Shown here: positions 37,043-51,639 of the stretch, piece after piece
How positions within the stretch are numbered: position 1 is the stretch's first letter
Layout of the letters: each line of letters starts with the position of its first letter
Notes under the pieces: generated by a model
Database searches by the model: none
What the model was told of the DNA's origin: nothing
What the model saw: the letters and a program-made list of their open reading frames with translations, nothing else
Source: Utricularia gibba
Lineage: Eukaryota; Plantae; Magnoliophyta
Direction: 5' to 3'
Assembly (NCBI GenBank): GCA_002189035.1
Contig: CM007992.1
Span: 1,302,001-1,366,000, forward strand
Length of the DNA: 64,000 bases
Translations under genes and position numbers: made by a program

Positions 37043-38640
37043 TCAGAGTAGTTTCCATGCCTGACCTCCGTCTGCATTGAATTGCTTCAACCTTCCGAAA
37101 AGCATCACTATCAGGAGGACTGTTTTCCCCTTGCTGCTCCATGCCCCGGCGAATCCGTACCACCGGTTCACACACTTGTCATCCTCTGCCAGTCGTCGCT
37201 CGCAGCCGTAGCCGGTGGTGAATCCCACGTTCCCGTACGCACTGTCCGCTCCCCAGATCGCCATCGTTTGCATCAGTAAGCACAACACACGCAGAGCAGA
37301 AAAGTTACCTTACTACTTCCAGTGTGATGTTCAGGACGCTGAAGTTGAGCGGATCGGTCTCCATGCTCCTCCTCTCCGTGACGCAGATGATGATGACGAA
37401 GATGGCGATGTACGATAGCTGCGAAAACACCAGGCTCTCCGCAATCCCATTTCTCTGTTTCCCCCATCTCGCACCCCTTTCCGCCTCGCCTTCGCCGTTA
37501 CCGGCCGGAAGAAACGAAGTATACGGAGGAAGATACCTGCGGCACGCACAGCCGGGTCAGTGAGGATTTCTTGGACAGAGTCAGTTGGGAGACTCACATC
37601 ATCACGATGAAGAATGCCAACACGGCTGGTGTGATTTTGGATAAATCGACGACAGTTTCGCCGCTGCGTCGGGCGTTAACGATCTCGAATAGAATGCAGA
37701 CAGCTTTCCGGCAGAGACCCAAGCCTTCTAATTCCATGGAGTTCCACTCTAAAGCTGAGAATAGCAGGAATCCGATGAGGATGAAACCGAAAACAGTGGC
37801 TGCTAAACACTGAGAATGGCGAGATGGAAGCAGATGAAGGTACTCGATTTTGCTCGTGTTCTTGAGCAGATACTCGGCTTCTTCTTTCTTATTCTTCTTG
37901 CTGTGAGACCGCAGTAAGATTCTGAGACAGAAAGGGAACAGTGTGTTCCCTAAGAGAACTTGGGGGATCAAAACCAGCAAAAGCACTGAGTTTTCACGAA
38001 AACATATCATATTCTCGTTCGTGGGCACGAACCCACAATTACTGAACGTCGAAATGACCAGGAAAACAGCAACGATCCAGGTTTTGAGGCCTTTGGATCT
38101 GAGTAAAGCAGCAGCTGAATGATTGAGAGTCAGGTAGAAGAAAACGAGAGCTACACCGACCAAATGAACTACCAGAATGTATCTCCAGACTACAGAAATC
38201 AAGTGATCTTGAGCGTCAGCCTCAAGTAAGGGATTTTGCAAACCAGATCCAAATTCAGAGTCGTCGGAATCGAATTCGAAATAATCCTCTTCTTCTGCTT
38301 GTTCAACTTCACTCCAGAGCTTCCTCGACGAAAGCCCAATCACAGAAACGAAAATTTCACCCCCACATAACATCAAGAGGGATATAACCATGAGCTGTCG
38401 GTCTGAAAACGCCTCCATCTCAACAGTGGACATGCTGGACGCGGTGGCGGCAGAGACCGCGGTGAACAACATGTCAATCTTCAGTGGACTGAAATCTGCT
38501 TTGGGTCTCAATAATTGAAGAACCAGAAAACCCAGAAGGGACAGGGCAACTAGATACCCTGCTTGCACGAAACCAGCGTTTATTTCACGATTGCAGCGAG
38601 AAGGGGGCTCTTCCCGGGGACTCCGAGGACCGTTGTTCAT
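37043..38640 (-). CDS. HKT1: HKT1-type (class I, Ser in first pore loop) Na+ transporter; exons 38640-37598, 37536-37309, 37241-37043
   Basis: Pore motifs SAATASSMST (Ser), STFSNCGF, NARRSGE and SAYGNVGFTTGY; MYLPPYTSF; C-terminal MLFGRLKQFN..GGQAWKLL. Confidence 0.93.
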
Positions 38641-39984
38641 CTCCCCGGTTGGTCAAGAAACACAAGGCCCCAAATCTAAGGAATCACCGGAGAAGAACGG
38701 AGCAAAGACAGCGCCGCGAAGTTGAGAATTATAGACTCACATTGCCGTCCGTACTGGATTGCCCTCCGATCGCAGGCAGGAAGATGATGACTAGATGATT
38801 GTTCTGGGTTAAGAAGACTCGCGTGATTATGGGACTTGCGGCCATTGTGTTAAAAACCAACGTGCGACATGTGGATGGAGTTGATTGGGTCCCTTTCTTC
38901 TTGCAAAAAAAAAAAAAAAAATTAAAATAATCGGGTAGGATAAAGATATTTTAAATTAGAAACTGTAGTTCAAAATCCGCAAGTGCCACTTGTAAGGAGG
39001 AAGCCTACAAATTGCTGGATAGAGAAATAATGAAATAGGTTCATTACAAACTAAATAAGTCGACACAATGGTTTTAATGCTATACTGAAAAGTCCCGCAA
39101 AACGATAGACAGATAAATGTCAAAGTTTGGTAGTAGCAATTATTTTGACAAATTGAAAAATAATTGAATTACATTAATGCTACAATAGTCGGTAATTATC
39201 CGACAGCATGACCACAATACGATTAACAGGTTCAAAAAATAGTCAACATCTGTAATACTTAGAATTTGATCGGATTAGGTTACTTTATAAATATAAGAAA
39301 ACATAAAGAATAAAAGTTTGAAATCTCTACATTTCAACTTGTATCTTTGTCTATTTTCATTTTCATCGATCGCACCACATTTCTCAAAACCATAATACCC
39401 AAATCGGATCCATCGCTCTCGCTTTATTCGTAACCCAAAGTCGATTGTCAACCTCATTCCGATTTCCGACCATAACAGAAACCCTTATGTTTTTATAATT
39501 TTATTGATACTTTGAAAATGTATTATATTTAATCATTTATAAAATTAAATTATATAAATAATAACTCCACTCTAATCCATTTTATCAATCAAAAAATCAT
39601 TAGGTAATATATGTTGGATTCATTTTCAAAATATGGATAATTTTTATTATTTTAATAATATTTTGGTGGGGACCATAAGACACCCTCTCACATCAAATAT
39701 TTAAAATCACTTTAACTACTCAAAAATTAAAGTGAAGATCGAGAGTAGCCATCAAATTTGATATTTAATAAATAAGATGAATTTACTACGTCGACATTCT
39801 TCAAAAAATGAAATAATTTAATAAATTGAAGCAAGGTGGGCCCCATCCTTCCATTAGAATCTCTATCAATAGCGGCCACGGGCTAACCAAGCCATGTCAT
39901 GTCATATCGTTTAAGGACATAACAAAAAATGATATTAATTAAAATGATCACATAAATTTTATGCGAAATATTTTTCTAACATAA

Positions 39985-40137
39985 AGGGTGTTTGATAAAA
40001 CTCCAAATTTAAATATGCTTAACTTAGAATAATATGTTAATAAGTAATTTTTTAGAAAGACAAGATAAGTATAAGAAAAACGTAAAATCGTGTTCAAGTA
40101 AAAAACGCTTAAATTTAGAGTTTCTATCAAACACACT
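39985..40137. mobile_element. Possible Tourist-like MITE remnant
   Basis: AGGGTGTTTGATAAAACTC pairs imperfectly with GAGTTTCTATCAAACACACT; no TSD. Confidence 0.35.
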
Positions 40138-41279
40138 CCATAGAAAAAATGATTCATACAAAATTTTGTAATAAGTGAATTTTTAGGAAGATAATGTGAT
40201 AATAAGTGCCATTTGGATGTTACAACTCTCGGATTTGTGGCCTTTTAAAAAAAAAGGAAAATTAGACAGCAGCATCCCTTCCGTGGTGTCTTGTCCGTGC
40301 GACACGTGGAGGCTTGACTTCCATACAACTAAAGGCTAAATATAATAGTTTTCTTTAATTAAATTAATACTGCACATGCATTTTATGTTCAATCATTCTA
40401 TTTAGAACACTCAATTATTAGATGCGGACTTTCATGGATGGTAAAAAGTTATTAAAAATATAATGAAATGCAGAAGAAGAATGTAATTTTGATTAATGAT
40501 TTATTAAATAAACATATATTATATAATTGTATTTAAAATTATATTTATTAGATTAATGTGTTTATTAAATATATATGGTTAGAATAAATAAAAAAAACTA
40601 AAACTTGCCTTATTAAAAATTTACTTAGCTTTGAAAACATAATTGTAAAAATTATTCAAGTATTTATAAATTACTAGAAATATATGACAAATAAATATAA
40701 TTATCGATTTTAAATCACAAACAAACATACCAAATATCGTTTCAGGGATAATAAGGTTATAAGTGTGTGTTTGGTACGATAGTATTATTAATAATATATT
40801 TGAGTTATTTATATTTAGATAAATATGTATTATCTATTTAAAATTAAAATTTGTTTAATATATAGATTTTGAATATATATATATCTAAAACTATATTATA
40901 TTTGATAAATATATTTAAAATATATAATTTATAAATTAGATTTTTTGAAATATATAATTCGGAGAAACTCTCTAATTGCTAAACTAGTCTATTCAACATA
41001 TATTGTTACCAAGTATTATAATGTCCGAAATAAAGTTTTATTCTCGTCGATTTTCGAGTACGATTTATGATTATCATCAATTTTTTGAATAATCTAAATA
41101 ATAATTTAATGAGTTTTCTAAATGTGTTGACCGGTGGGACCCAACCGATAGAAAGTCAATTCCGTCAATTAAAAGCACATTTTTCCTTGAAAAAATTACG
41201 AAATGAGACGCACAAAACACAGACGCAAATCAACAAGGACACTGTGGAAGCTCGGAGAGGCGGAAGTTCAGGCGAGAGT

Positions 41280-42564
41280 TCAGACAAAGCGATCAAGGTA
41301 CTCGTCGACGGTGGTGTACTTGACATCAGGGTACAGCTCCGACGCCTCGACGCCGAAAGACGGCTCGATTTGGAAGTAGGTTTGATCGCCCTTGACGAAG
41401 ACAGAGTGGCTGATGGCGAGTATGATGTTCAATGGAATGGGCGATTCTGCAAAAGCGGGGGGTTAGGGATGGGAGGAAGAGGGTAAGGAAGATCGAATTT
41501 GGGTTACCTTGGATCTGCTTCAACAGCTGCTCCTCCAAGATGTATTCCTTGTCTAGCGTCTTGCTGATCTTCTTCTCCCACAAAGCGACTAGCTCGTTGA
41601 ATGACAGGGTGTTGCTTGCTGGTCTGATGTAGAGTGTCTTGTTCAGAGTCCGGGGATCATCCGCAGCCCTGATCGTGAATTTTCCGATATCGAATTCCTC
41701 GTTGAACACAGCTGCAGGACAATTATAAACAAACAACTTTGAGATTCGGGAAGCATAGTACTGGTCGCATCAAGAAGTTAATGAGCAGGAGGGTACCTTT
41801 GACGTTTCCGTCGCCATAGATGACGACTTTATCACGGGGAATGGCGGCTGCGCCAAGTTGTGCCAGTGTCGGGAGGAAATAGCCGGCGAAATAGTTGGAA
41901 GAAACGTAGGTGTACGGTATGCCTTCTGCTTCAATCGCGCGGCGGATTTGGACTTTGATCTCGAAAATTGACTTGGCTGGCTCCACAGCCCGGATACGAT
42001 CAACATCGTTTCCGAATTCCGATGGGAAGAATCTCTGTAACACCATCAAGAAAGTGAATAACCCCAATCATAATCAAAGCACCAAATCCCACTCTGCAGT
42101 CTGTATTTTCAGTCGACAACATAACGATCCCCGGAACTATAAAGGCAAAATTGTAGAGATAGAATCTAGGGGTGAACCTTGACATTCCCAGCTTCTTTAA
42201 TGGCAGCGATGATCTTCAATTGATCAGCCAACTGCAAAGAACCCACAGCAGATATAACGACATCTACTTGCTTGATCGCTTTCACCAAACTCTCGTGATC
42301 ATCCAAATCACCCTGCGAACAAACAAACAAGAATCACAAAACCACAGGATACGCACCCAGATTCAGACGTACGGAACATACAGTGAGGATTGTAACGCCA
42401 TAGCTTTTGAAATCCTTAGCGAATTGTCCCTTGACGGGATCGTTGAGCGTGGTCTCTCTGAAGAGAGCGAAGGTGGGGTGCCCATAATGGGCGCTGGCTT
42501 GAACTATGTACTTTCCGATGTACCCGGAAGCTCCGATCACAAGAATCTTGCTCTTCTCCGCCAT
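41280..42564 (-). CDS. Isoflavone reductase-like / phenylcoumaran benzylic ether reductase (PIP, NmrA family), 5 exons
   Basis: MAEKSKILVIGASGYIGKYIV (GxxGxxG), GDLYDHESLVKAIKQVDVVIS, RFFPSEFGNDVDR, KVQIRRAIEAEGIPYTY, DDPRTLNKTLYIRP and ELYPDVKYTTVDEYLDRFV*. Confidence 0.95.
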
Positions 42565-43606
42565 TTCTTCCGTTGGCCTCGAAATGGGAACAATTGAGGT
42601 TAAAAATCGGCTCCTTCTCCTTCTCCGCCACCAGCAACCAGTTTCCTTCACCTATATATCACACCCACAAACACCGTGAGAACACGAGAAGAATGAGGAA
42701 TCGAATTTACAGAAATACCCCTTACCTACGTTGTATGGGCTTCTAGAAGGTTGAATTAATATATATCCCTGTTTTAAACAGAAAATTAGCAAAATATACA
42801 TTTTAGAAAAAAATTATTGGCGAAATACCCAAGTATAGGAAATATTTTGTAAAATACATGTTTTGTACAAAAGCCTTGCTACTCATTCATTACTATTCCA
42901 ATACATATATTACTATAGAAAATATGTATTTTACTACCCTTTTTTATTTTAAGCATTTTGACACTACATATTTTTAAATATATATTTCATCAATCAATTC
43001 ATGTTTTAAATTTTTATTCCTGTTTTTGAAATAAATAAAAATTAAATAGAAATTATTATGACATTAATAATAAAAAATAAAAACATATTAAATTTGGATC
43101 AATATAAATAATCTAATACTTAAATTTAAAATTATAAAAAAACATTTCAAATTATCAACATCATACAACACACTTAAATAGTTTTTAAAATTTTATAGTA
43201 TTACTTTTCACATTCACGTCTGAAATTCGAAAAATCAAATATTACTCCTATTAAGATCATATCATGTTCACATCTCGTATAATACAACATGATAATGATT
43301 AATGGTAATATGATAAAAACCAATTAATTTTGATATCAAATATATAATTTCATAAATTTGAAAGCAAACTATTTATAAAAAATAATTTAAATAACCTATG
43401 ACATAATTTTGAAACATGTAAGTTAATTTTTTTATATTAAGAATAACTTGAAATGTCATGGACAAATTGTACCTAGCAAAAAAACATGAACATGAAATAT
43501 AGTGAAGCAAAATGAGGGAGATCACATTCACTTTTGTACAAAATAATCCTATTGAATATTTACTACCAAATGAATCCTGACAATTTTACATTAGAAAAAA
43601 ACCTTC

Positions 43607-44619
43607 TTACGAAGTTTGTTCCAGAAGCAATTTGAACGCAAGAATCCTATTAGCACGTGCCACGGGTGTAGCTTGTTGCTCAGCTGGTTGTTTTGAGTCT
43701 GCTCTTCGCACCCCGGAAGAAGATTTGCATCCTGATGAGCTTTCTTCGGCATGTGAAGTTGGGGTTGAACCTGCAAAACTATCCTAAGTTAATGGTCAAG
43801 AGCTAAAGCTTAGTGGTAGTAATCTGCAAAACCAATTGCTCAGGTAATGACCAGCGGCTAAAGTTTAGTGCTAGTAAAAGTTGACTGAACAGCTGCTACC
43901 AAGGCACACTGTTGCAACATGTACAATGTGGGGATTCAAAGCTTGCTTATCTTACTGGTATCTGACTTGGGTGTTACAACAAGAATGAGTATTTAATGCA
44001 TTGAAGGATGGTCCAAGCAAAAGTACATGCCTACGAGTATTTTGAATCCCTACCGGCTTTGCTCTATTGTTTGTGTGTGAGTGTTGAAAAACTACGGTAT
44101 GCTATTAGTCCCCAAAGCTCAGAGATAGTGTTACTTTACTAATCCTTTCTGAATACTGTTATAAATGAAACTTACCAGTTTTCCCAAACACAAGGCATGC
44201 ACCGATTGTCTCCTGGTACTCTCCAATCTGATATGGAATTAACACAAGTTACAACACAAAAAAATCGGAATACTTCCCCATCGTCTGTCACAAGAGCATG
44301 AAGAATACTAAAAACATACATGTTTTTTACCGTACCAGTTTAACCTTGTTATCTATCACTAAGATGGGGTTGATCGTGTCCAAGCCCTGCATCATTTGAA
44401 GGGCAAGCACAATGACTAATGTGCAATGAATCTAAGCCCTCATTGTCCACATGACTATACCAACGTAATAAAGCTATGAATTGCAATTACCGACAGTGCA
44501 AATGGTGCATTTGGCGGAATAGAGTAGTACTTGGCAACCTCATGAAGATCAAGCAATACAAACTCCGATTCTTCATCTTCTTGTTGCTCTTCGTGCACCT
44601 CTTCTGCTCGTTCTCTCAT
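43607..44619 (-). CDS. GTF3C6: General transcription factor IIIC subunit 6-like (TFIIIC_sub6), 4 coding exons; not captured by the ORF track
   Basis: MRERAEE...EESEFVLLDLHEV..IPPNAPFALS|GLDTINPILVIDNKVKL|IGEYQETIGACLVFGKT|G...TPVARANRILAFKLLLEQTS*; phases are consistent. Confidence 0.8.
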
Positions 44620-46214
44620 ATCAATAATCCTACTAGGAAAACAAAAACATTCAGTAAAATCATAATAACGAAGAACTCAAACTGTCCAAAACATAAAAAC
44701 ATATTTGGAAGTTATTTTCCACACAAAAAACTTGAAAGTGATTTGCCTCTTCAAAAGAGTATGAAGGGCTCCTCGACTAAGTTATGTTCCCCTCTGCTTC
44801 TTTGTCAGAGTTACAACTATATCACTTACTTCAAGGATATATGCACACAATGTGAATTGATTCCCCTGAAGGTGAAAAACAGCAACCGATCGTAGATTCC
44901 CCTGATCTTTCAACTCTTCTAATCATAACATCACCAAATTAACTTAGCCCCTTGTTTTTTTTACTCAAAATCCTTTTTTCTGGCGTTGGCTGACCTTCTC
45001 AAGAACTAACAATCATGCGACATTTATGTTTTTTTTCCCTAGAAACATGCAGGTAGGGGACAGAGTCCAGTAAACGCACATCATTCCAGTTCACTTAACG
45101 AACTCCTCCATTCGAAACAAAAACAAACGCATAAATTCAAGAAATACCTGGTTTCTGTTTAAATATCAAGCAACCGAAAGTCAAATGGGACTCAACTTCT
45201 AGGAACACTAAAGTTTAGTGCTTTTTCTCTACTCTAAAGCGTACGATAATTTCCCGACACACAACCACCAGCCTATACAACTCAGCGACTACTTATCAAG
45301 AACAAGGCATCCAAAACTGAATTCGAAGCCATATCTGATAAAATCACCCAAAAAGAATCCAAAAAAGGAAATGCGAGGTTTAAAAAGTAAGAGACTGACC
45401 TTCAATTCAAAGAGAGCGATCCTTCCTACTGCAAGTGGTATGGCTGAAAAACCGCCGTAAATGGGACGGGCGGCCCGGTCATCCCGCCCGCCCGTCTATC
45501 TTGTAATTATTGGGCTTTGGTTGGGCCTATTCCCTCTACATTAGACGTAATCATTATATTAAATTTCTTTTCCACATCGACATTTCACATGTTTTTTTTT
45601 TTGTTTCGACATTATTTTTTATATTAAAATTTGGATGAATGTATTATTTTGCAAATGATTCATAATTAATATCAATGCCTTTAAGTAGAAAGCAAGTTGC
45701 CACATGAAAAAAATTAATTCAATAGATGTTCCAATTTGGTGATAAAAGAAATAGACATTTCAACAATACAAAAATATCAAAATTTTCTAGTATTTTAATA
45801 CATAGTTCCATAATGGTTCAATATCAGCACCAAACTCTCAATTGCTCATCCCTATTATTAAATATGGCTAACAAGGACCTACTTATTCAAATGAGAATGA
45901 GACACCAAATTCAAGTGCAAAACTGGCATATGGACCTAAAGCTTGGGAAGTATCAGGCATTTGAAGACAAAACTCTAGTCATTCTGTGACCTGATTGCAA
46001 CCATTTTTCATGGCCAAGATGCTACACTTTTGGTCTATTGAAATACAACTACCTCATTTTTAGTCTACAAACTGTGAGCAATGACAAGGGAATCGACGAA
46101 AAACGCCGATATGAATTTCTTTTACTGAATGCATTGAGATAGATGAAAACACAAATGGCCCCTCAAAGAAAATTCAAAGGGAGGTCATTTACCGGGAGTG
46201 TTTGAAGCCACAAG

Positions 46215-48506
46215 CTAAATTGCATCCACAGGCTTTATCCCGGAGTTCTTGTCCCACTCTTCCGGAGGTGCCACATCTGCCATTATCCTTTCTTGCCCTC
46301 GCCAGAGTATCTGCTTGCACTGGAACAGCTTAGGATGATCGAGAAAAAAAGGACATAGTGATGATGATGATGGTAATGTGGTGGGACTTGCTAACCCTAT
46401 CGATGACACCGAACTCTTTGGCTCGAGTTGAGTCCATGTAAAATGGTCGTTTCATCACATTGGCCACAGCTTCTTCGGACTGATAAAACGAACAAGGAAC
46501 AACGAAATAACCACCTTCGTTTAGTTGCTAACCGAGCACCCAACACAACAACAGTACTGAGTACAAACTTACATTTCCGGTGTGCTTTGCCAAGAGCTTG
46601 ACAAGAGTGTCCCTGTTTATGATTACCTGAATATAATTATTCCGTTGGCCACAGCTTGGTTAGATGCTAGCAATTAAGAACATTAAATATCAATATGGCC
46701 TGATGATGTTGAAAAAATACCGTACGATGAAAAGTAATTTGCCACAACGACACACAAAACCGTGAAGGATCAATGAGTCAAGTGTACCCATTTCAATTCA
46801 AAAGAGGATTTCAAAGTGCCATTGAAATATATAATGTGCCCATTTTTCTATTTTACACACAATGTGAGAAGCATAATTGGCATCACCAATGGTGTGTAGA
46901 CTTGCCTCTTTCGCACGAATAAGGACATCACTTGCTGGCATTAAACCAGATGAGGGGACACGGGGTTGTTGAATCATGGCTACAAGCAAACATTTCCACA
47001 GTAATTGCAGACAGAGCATGCCATAGATCTTTTATAAAATAATAGAACTCAAAGTCATAATGAACCTTTTGCGTGGGGCATCATAAACCTCTTCCCCTTG
47101 GTTCCTGCAGCAAGCAAGAGGCATGCCTGGCCAATGGCAGCTCCAACAGCTACCGTGTGTATCTGTGGATCCACATACGATAACACAGGTGTGAAATGAC
47201 TAGCCCTGGTAAACCAGGAATGAATGGCAGTTCCTTCGGAAAATGATCAAAATATGCTTTAAAGAGCACTCAAATGGCAGCATGATTCTGAATCCCAAGT
47301 TTTTGAGTTTACAGAAAAATTGTGGCCGGAATAATAAAAGCCAACGTAACAATTGAATCCAGAAGATATACTACATGGAAACCAAAAAACAATTCCACGA
47401 GAAGAATAAATCGAGAACCTATTAAGACTTTCCTCTAAGGTGGATCCAGCCAAAAAAAAAAAAATTCTAACCTCGTTCTTCAATTGCATCATGGCATCAT
47501 AAATAGCAAAGCCCTCCGTTTCCATTCCAACCTTACAACATACATGATATTTCCAGCATTAGATAGAGACAAGCACAAAACATTGCAGATAAATATTCAT
47601 TGCGTCAACAGAGAACTAAAAACATAATGACCACACCGTTTCACCATCATCACGTGTTGTCCCAGTAGAATTGATGTATATATAAATTGGTTCCTTTGGA
47701 TCCGCCCACTGGAGATACATCAACTCGGCTACAACAAGCTCAGTAACAGCTGGAACCAGCTGAAACTCATACACAGTGCATGAAATCAGAATAAAATCGT
47801 GTGAACCTCACAATTCGTAACAAGAGGGAAGAGGTGAGAAGTAAATACTTGTAGATGTTTGTTAATTTACAGTTGGTGCCAACTTATACGAGCAATTTTC
47901 ATGCAAAGTAACAATTTCCTCACCGTCCAACGAGCAAGGGAAACAATTATCTTACCCAAGAAACGGGTTATACCACAGGATAAACAAGGCATACATCTTT
48001 AGAAAATGTAAAGTGCTTACAGGCATTCCGATATAAACAATCCTGCCATTCAGCAACAAAGATGGCAAGTCCGGTGGAGGTCTTCTTGGCCTATGCTCGT
48101 TGTAGGAGCCTGATCTCTCAACCTGAGTATAGTATCAAGAATAGTTCTACTTATCGGGAATATGCATAAAAACGGCAAAAATCCCTTTCCTGAGCATTCG
48201 AACAGATACACAGACAACTGACACGGAGACTAGAACAACCTGCGCTGGTGCAGCCATTAGCTGAGGCGAGTCAAACAAGTCCAAATACGGTGGAGAATCG
48301 GAGTTCCTGGACTTGCTCGAGAGAGTTTCGGGTGATGACGCAGCAACGGAGGCGAGCTTCGATAGAAAGGAATCCTTAGGGTTCATAGGAGGCATCGGAA
48401 TCCTGGCGCTATTGACTACCCCACAACTCCGCCGCCTAGGCGGTGCAGTGAACGATGAAGAGCAGCAGAGCGATGAAGCCAGCGATATCCGCAAACAGTC
48501 CGCCAT
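46215..48506 (-). CDS. CLPR3: Chloroplast ATP-dependent Clp protease proteolytic subunit-related protein 3
   Basis: Transit peptide, then IPMPPMNPKDSFLSKLAS, PPYLDLFDSPQLM, PPPDLPSLLLNGRIVYIGMP, YINSTGTTRDDGET, GMETEGFAIYD, QQPRVPSSGLMPASDVLIRAKE and ILWRGQERIMADV. Confidence 0.95.
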
Positions 48507-49588
48507 TCTTGCGCACCTGTAGATGACGTATGAAGAAATTCAAAATTCCCGCAAAACTACTCACAGAAACCGGAAAGCAGTCGGTGTACCTACGGAACCG
48601 GCGACAACGGTTTCTTGAGAAAAACGAAGACGTCGGAGATAACACGACGGAGACGATAGATCCCAGAGCCCAAAACCTTCATTCAGGCTTTTGTATGGAC
48701 TGTCGAAGGCTTTCCTCGATTGGGCTTTTGGCAACTTTTGTTATCGTGAAGCCCACGTCATGTGCCTCGCAACTTAGAATCAATGAAGCTTGGAGATGAG
48801 ATTATTTTCCTTGAAATTCATTAATATTAAATAAATATTAATGCTATAATACTATATGCTTTTTCTATTTTTTAAACGTTACATGTAAACCACATCGATT
48901 ATGGAAATCCAATATTAAGATTTATATACAATCGAGTAATAGTCGAATTAAATATAGCATAAATATTGATATTTAGTACTAAGGATTAAATATCTAATTA
49001 TTATTTTATTTAAACCTCTGCTCATGGTAAAATAAAAACTCACGAATTTAGTTGATCCTGTGGTGGTAAAATACAATATTATTCTTAATGTTTTTTAAAA
49101 AATTTCTTTCAATTATGTATTAATATATATATATATATATAATTTTAAAATGTTATATTAAATACGTGATAATTAATCAGTCTTCAAATATAAATTTCTA
49201 CAAAATAATATCCATGTTTTTCAAAATCAGTTATTTTTGTATAAATTAATCCCACTTTTATTTAATATTAAATAAATTAAAAACATCCTACTAAATGAAT
49301 TGGAATAAAGAATAGGTTCGTGCGCGCACACACACGTTCTTCTTTAATTAAGAAAATTGGGTTTATAATAAAGCGAAATCAAAATAAAAATTAAAATACA
49401 TAAGCTATGCATAAGGGATACAAATCCAACCTCCAAAAGGTATATGATGATAATAGATATAGCAACCTTAGTCTATAACCACCAAATCCCAAAAATAGTT
49501 AATCAAAAGTGTGATCCAAAATATAATGCACCCATGCAATTGGATATTCGAGTGACATGACATGCAATTGGGTTAGGTAAGTCATTTA

Positions 49589-49863
49589 GGGTTCGTTTGA
49601 TATTAGTATGTTTAAGTATAATGTAATTGAGTATGCATACACTTAATTGTATATAACGTTTGATATGTGATAATAGAAATTTAAGTACATAAATGATAGA
49701 CATATAACTATACCCCTCTCTATTTATATGTACCATCCATATATTCAAAAAATGAGTATGTTAGTAGTATAGTCAGGTTGGCATATATATACTACTTAAT
49801 CAAACAACGATATACGTATAAATTTAGGTATAATTTTTTTATACTCTCTTATCAAACAACCTC
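49589..49863. mobile_element. Tourist-like MITE, 275 bp
   Basis: TIRs GGGTTCGTTTGATA and GAGGTTGTTTGATA match at 11/14 positions, with a TTA TSD on both sides (49586-88 and 49864-66). Confidence 0.7.
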
Positions 49864-51639
49864 TTAGAAATATGATCACCCTCGTTATCTCTATTTCACA
49901 CACATGAGGCTCCCCCTGTCTTAGTGGTTTTAAAAAGGCAATGCAGAAGGATTGAGGATGGTTTTGGAACCACAGCATTTCCTTTTTGTGTGTGTGTGGA
50001 TGAACATGGTATGCGACACAAAAATAATGGCGTTGTGGGGGCAGGGCGCGGGTTCAGCCCATGATCCTTACAACTTACAAGCTGTCCGAGCGCGATGCAT
50101 CATGACGTGTTGTTGTGTGTAGCCTGTAGCATTATTATTCTTCAGACAGCCGTCCTTGTAGTTGTGGTGGGCTCATCTGGTCCACTGCGCCACCACACCT
50201 ACTCATTAAAACTAACCATCTTCCTCTATTACAAAATTAAAATAATTCAACAATTATGATCCATTTGGAACCCTTTCTATAGTTTTATTATCAAATAATT
50301 ATTGGTTTAGAAAAAAAATTCATCTTCCACCTTTCGGAAATGCTTTTTAAATGGTATTATTCCATGGAATAATAGAATCATAGCTTTTTTTTACAATGGA
50401 TAGGCCCCTCCAACAAAAAATTATTCTACTAAGTGTTCTTTTAAGATAATCACAATTGTTAGAACGTTTTAAATTTCAATGAAATTTTAGGAAATTTTGG
50501 ATTTTAATTTTTTTTTCGATTTATACAAAATATCATAACTCATACTTTATTTATATGATATTATATGATTCGCATACTCAAACCTTACCATTTTAAGTTT
50601 TTAATGGAAAACGATTAACAAAAAATTAAGAAAATTTCTCTATTTAAATACATTTTTTCCTCATTCATAACTAACATTGTATAATATCGTTAAGTCTCCT
50701 AATTTTAATAATAATATATACTTTCTTTTTATGTTATTGTCTATTTCGTTTGCTCAATTCTTATGATTTACATTCTATCCTTCTATGAAAAATTACTCGT
50801 TCAAAATTAAAAGAATCAATGTTTATTCTTTCATCCTTAACTAATATGTAATATCATCACTAGTATTCTGACCTTAAAATATTTCTGTAATTTTCCACAC
50901 CAAAATGTCATAAAATTCAAATTTTTTCCGAATTTTCCTTGAAACCTACGCCAGTTGCATCTATCTATGTGTTTGAATTGTAGGGCACACGAAGTCCTCA
51001 CAAACTATATATTTTATGGCCATTAATTCAAATTTCAACCGTGTTTGTGTTTTCCTCCTCCCTCCCCAGGTCAATCCTGTCTTCATACATTACCTCATAA
51101 TAATACTGATTAATAATAATAATATTAATATTATTGTCAACCCAAAGCCTTATTTTTTTTCCTTGATGAGTCACATCAGTACCTGTACTTCCCCAAGCAG
51201 TTACAGTATCTGCTTTTATAACGACCATTTTTGAAAATAAAGATATTGTCTTTATATTTTATTTTTTTAAAAAAAAATCATACAATTTATTCATTTTGTG
51301 TGAAGGAAATGGGGTTTGTTTTAATAATATACATACATACATAATAAAAGGAATGCGATGGGGGAGGAGGTCGGGTCACAATAGTAATGATGCAAAAAAC
51401 ACACAAGATCTGGACGCAAATGGGCGTAGTGGCAGGAAAAGGGAAGGCTCCTCTAGTTAATGCACGATAAGATACAACAACACGGCGGGGGGAGGCACCG
51501 GCGGCAGCAGCAGGGGGGGGGCGACGGCGACAGTGAACTGTGAGGGTGAAAGGGGGCGGAATCCGAACCAATGGATTGAGGATGACGCATCATATCATTC
51601 CCTCTGCCCCCCATGTGTGGTGTTTCGCGGTTGGGTGGA

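Noticed and set aside
44476-44895. 139-aa plus-strand ORF
   Set aside because: Antisense to the TFIIIC subunit 6 exon and intron, with low-complexity composition.
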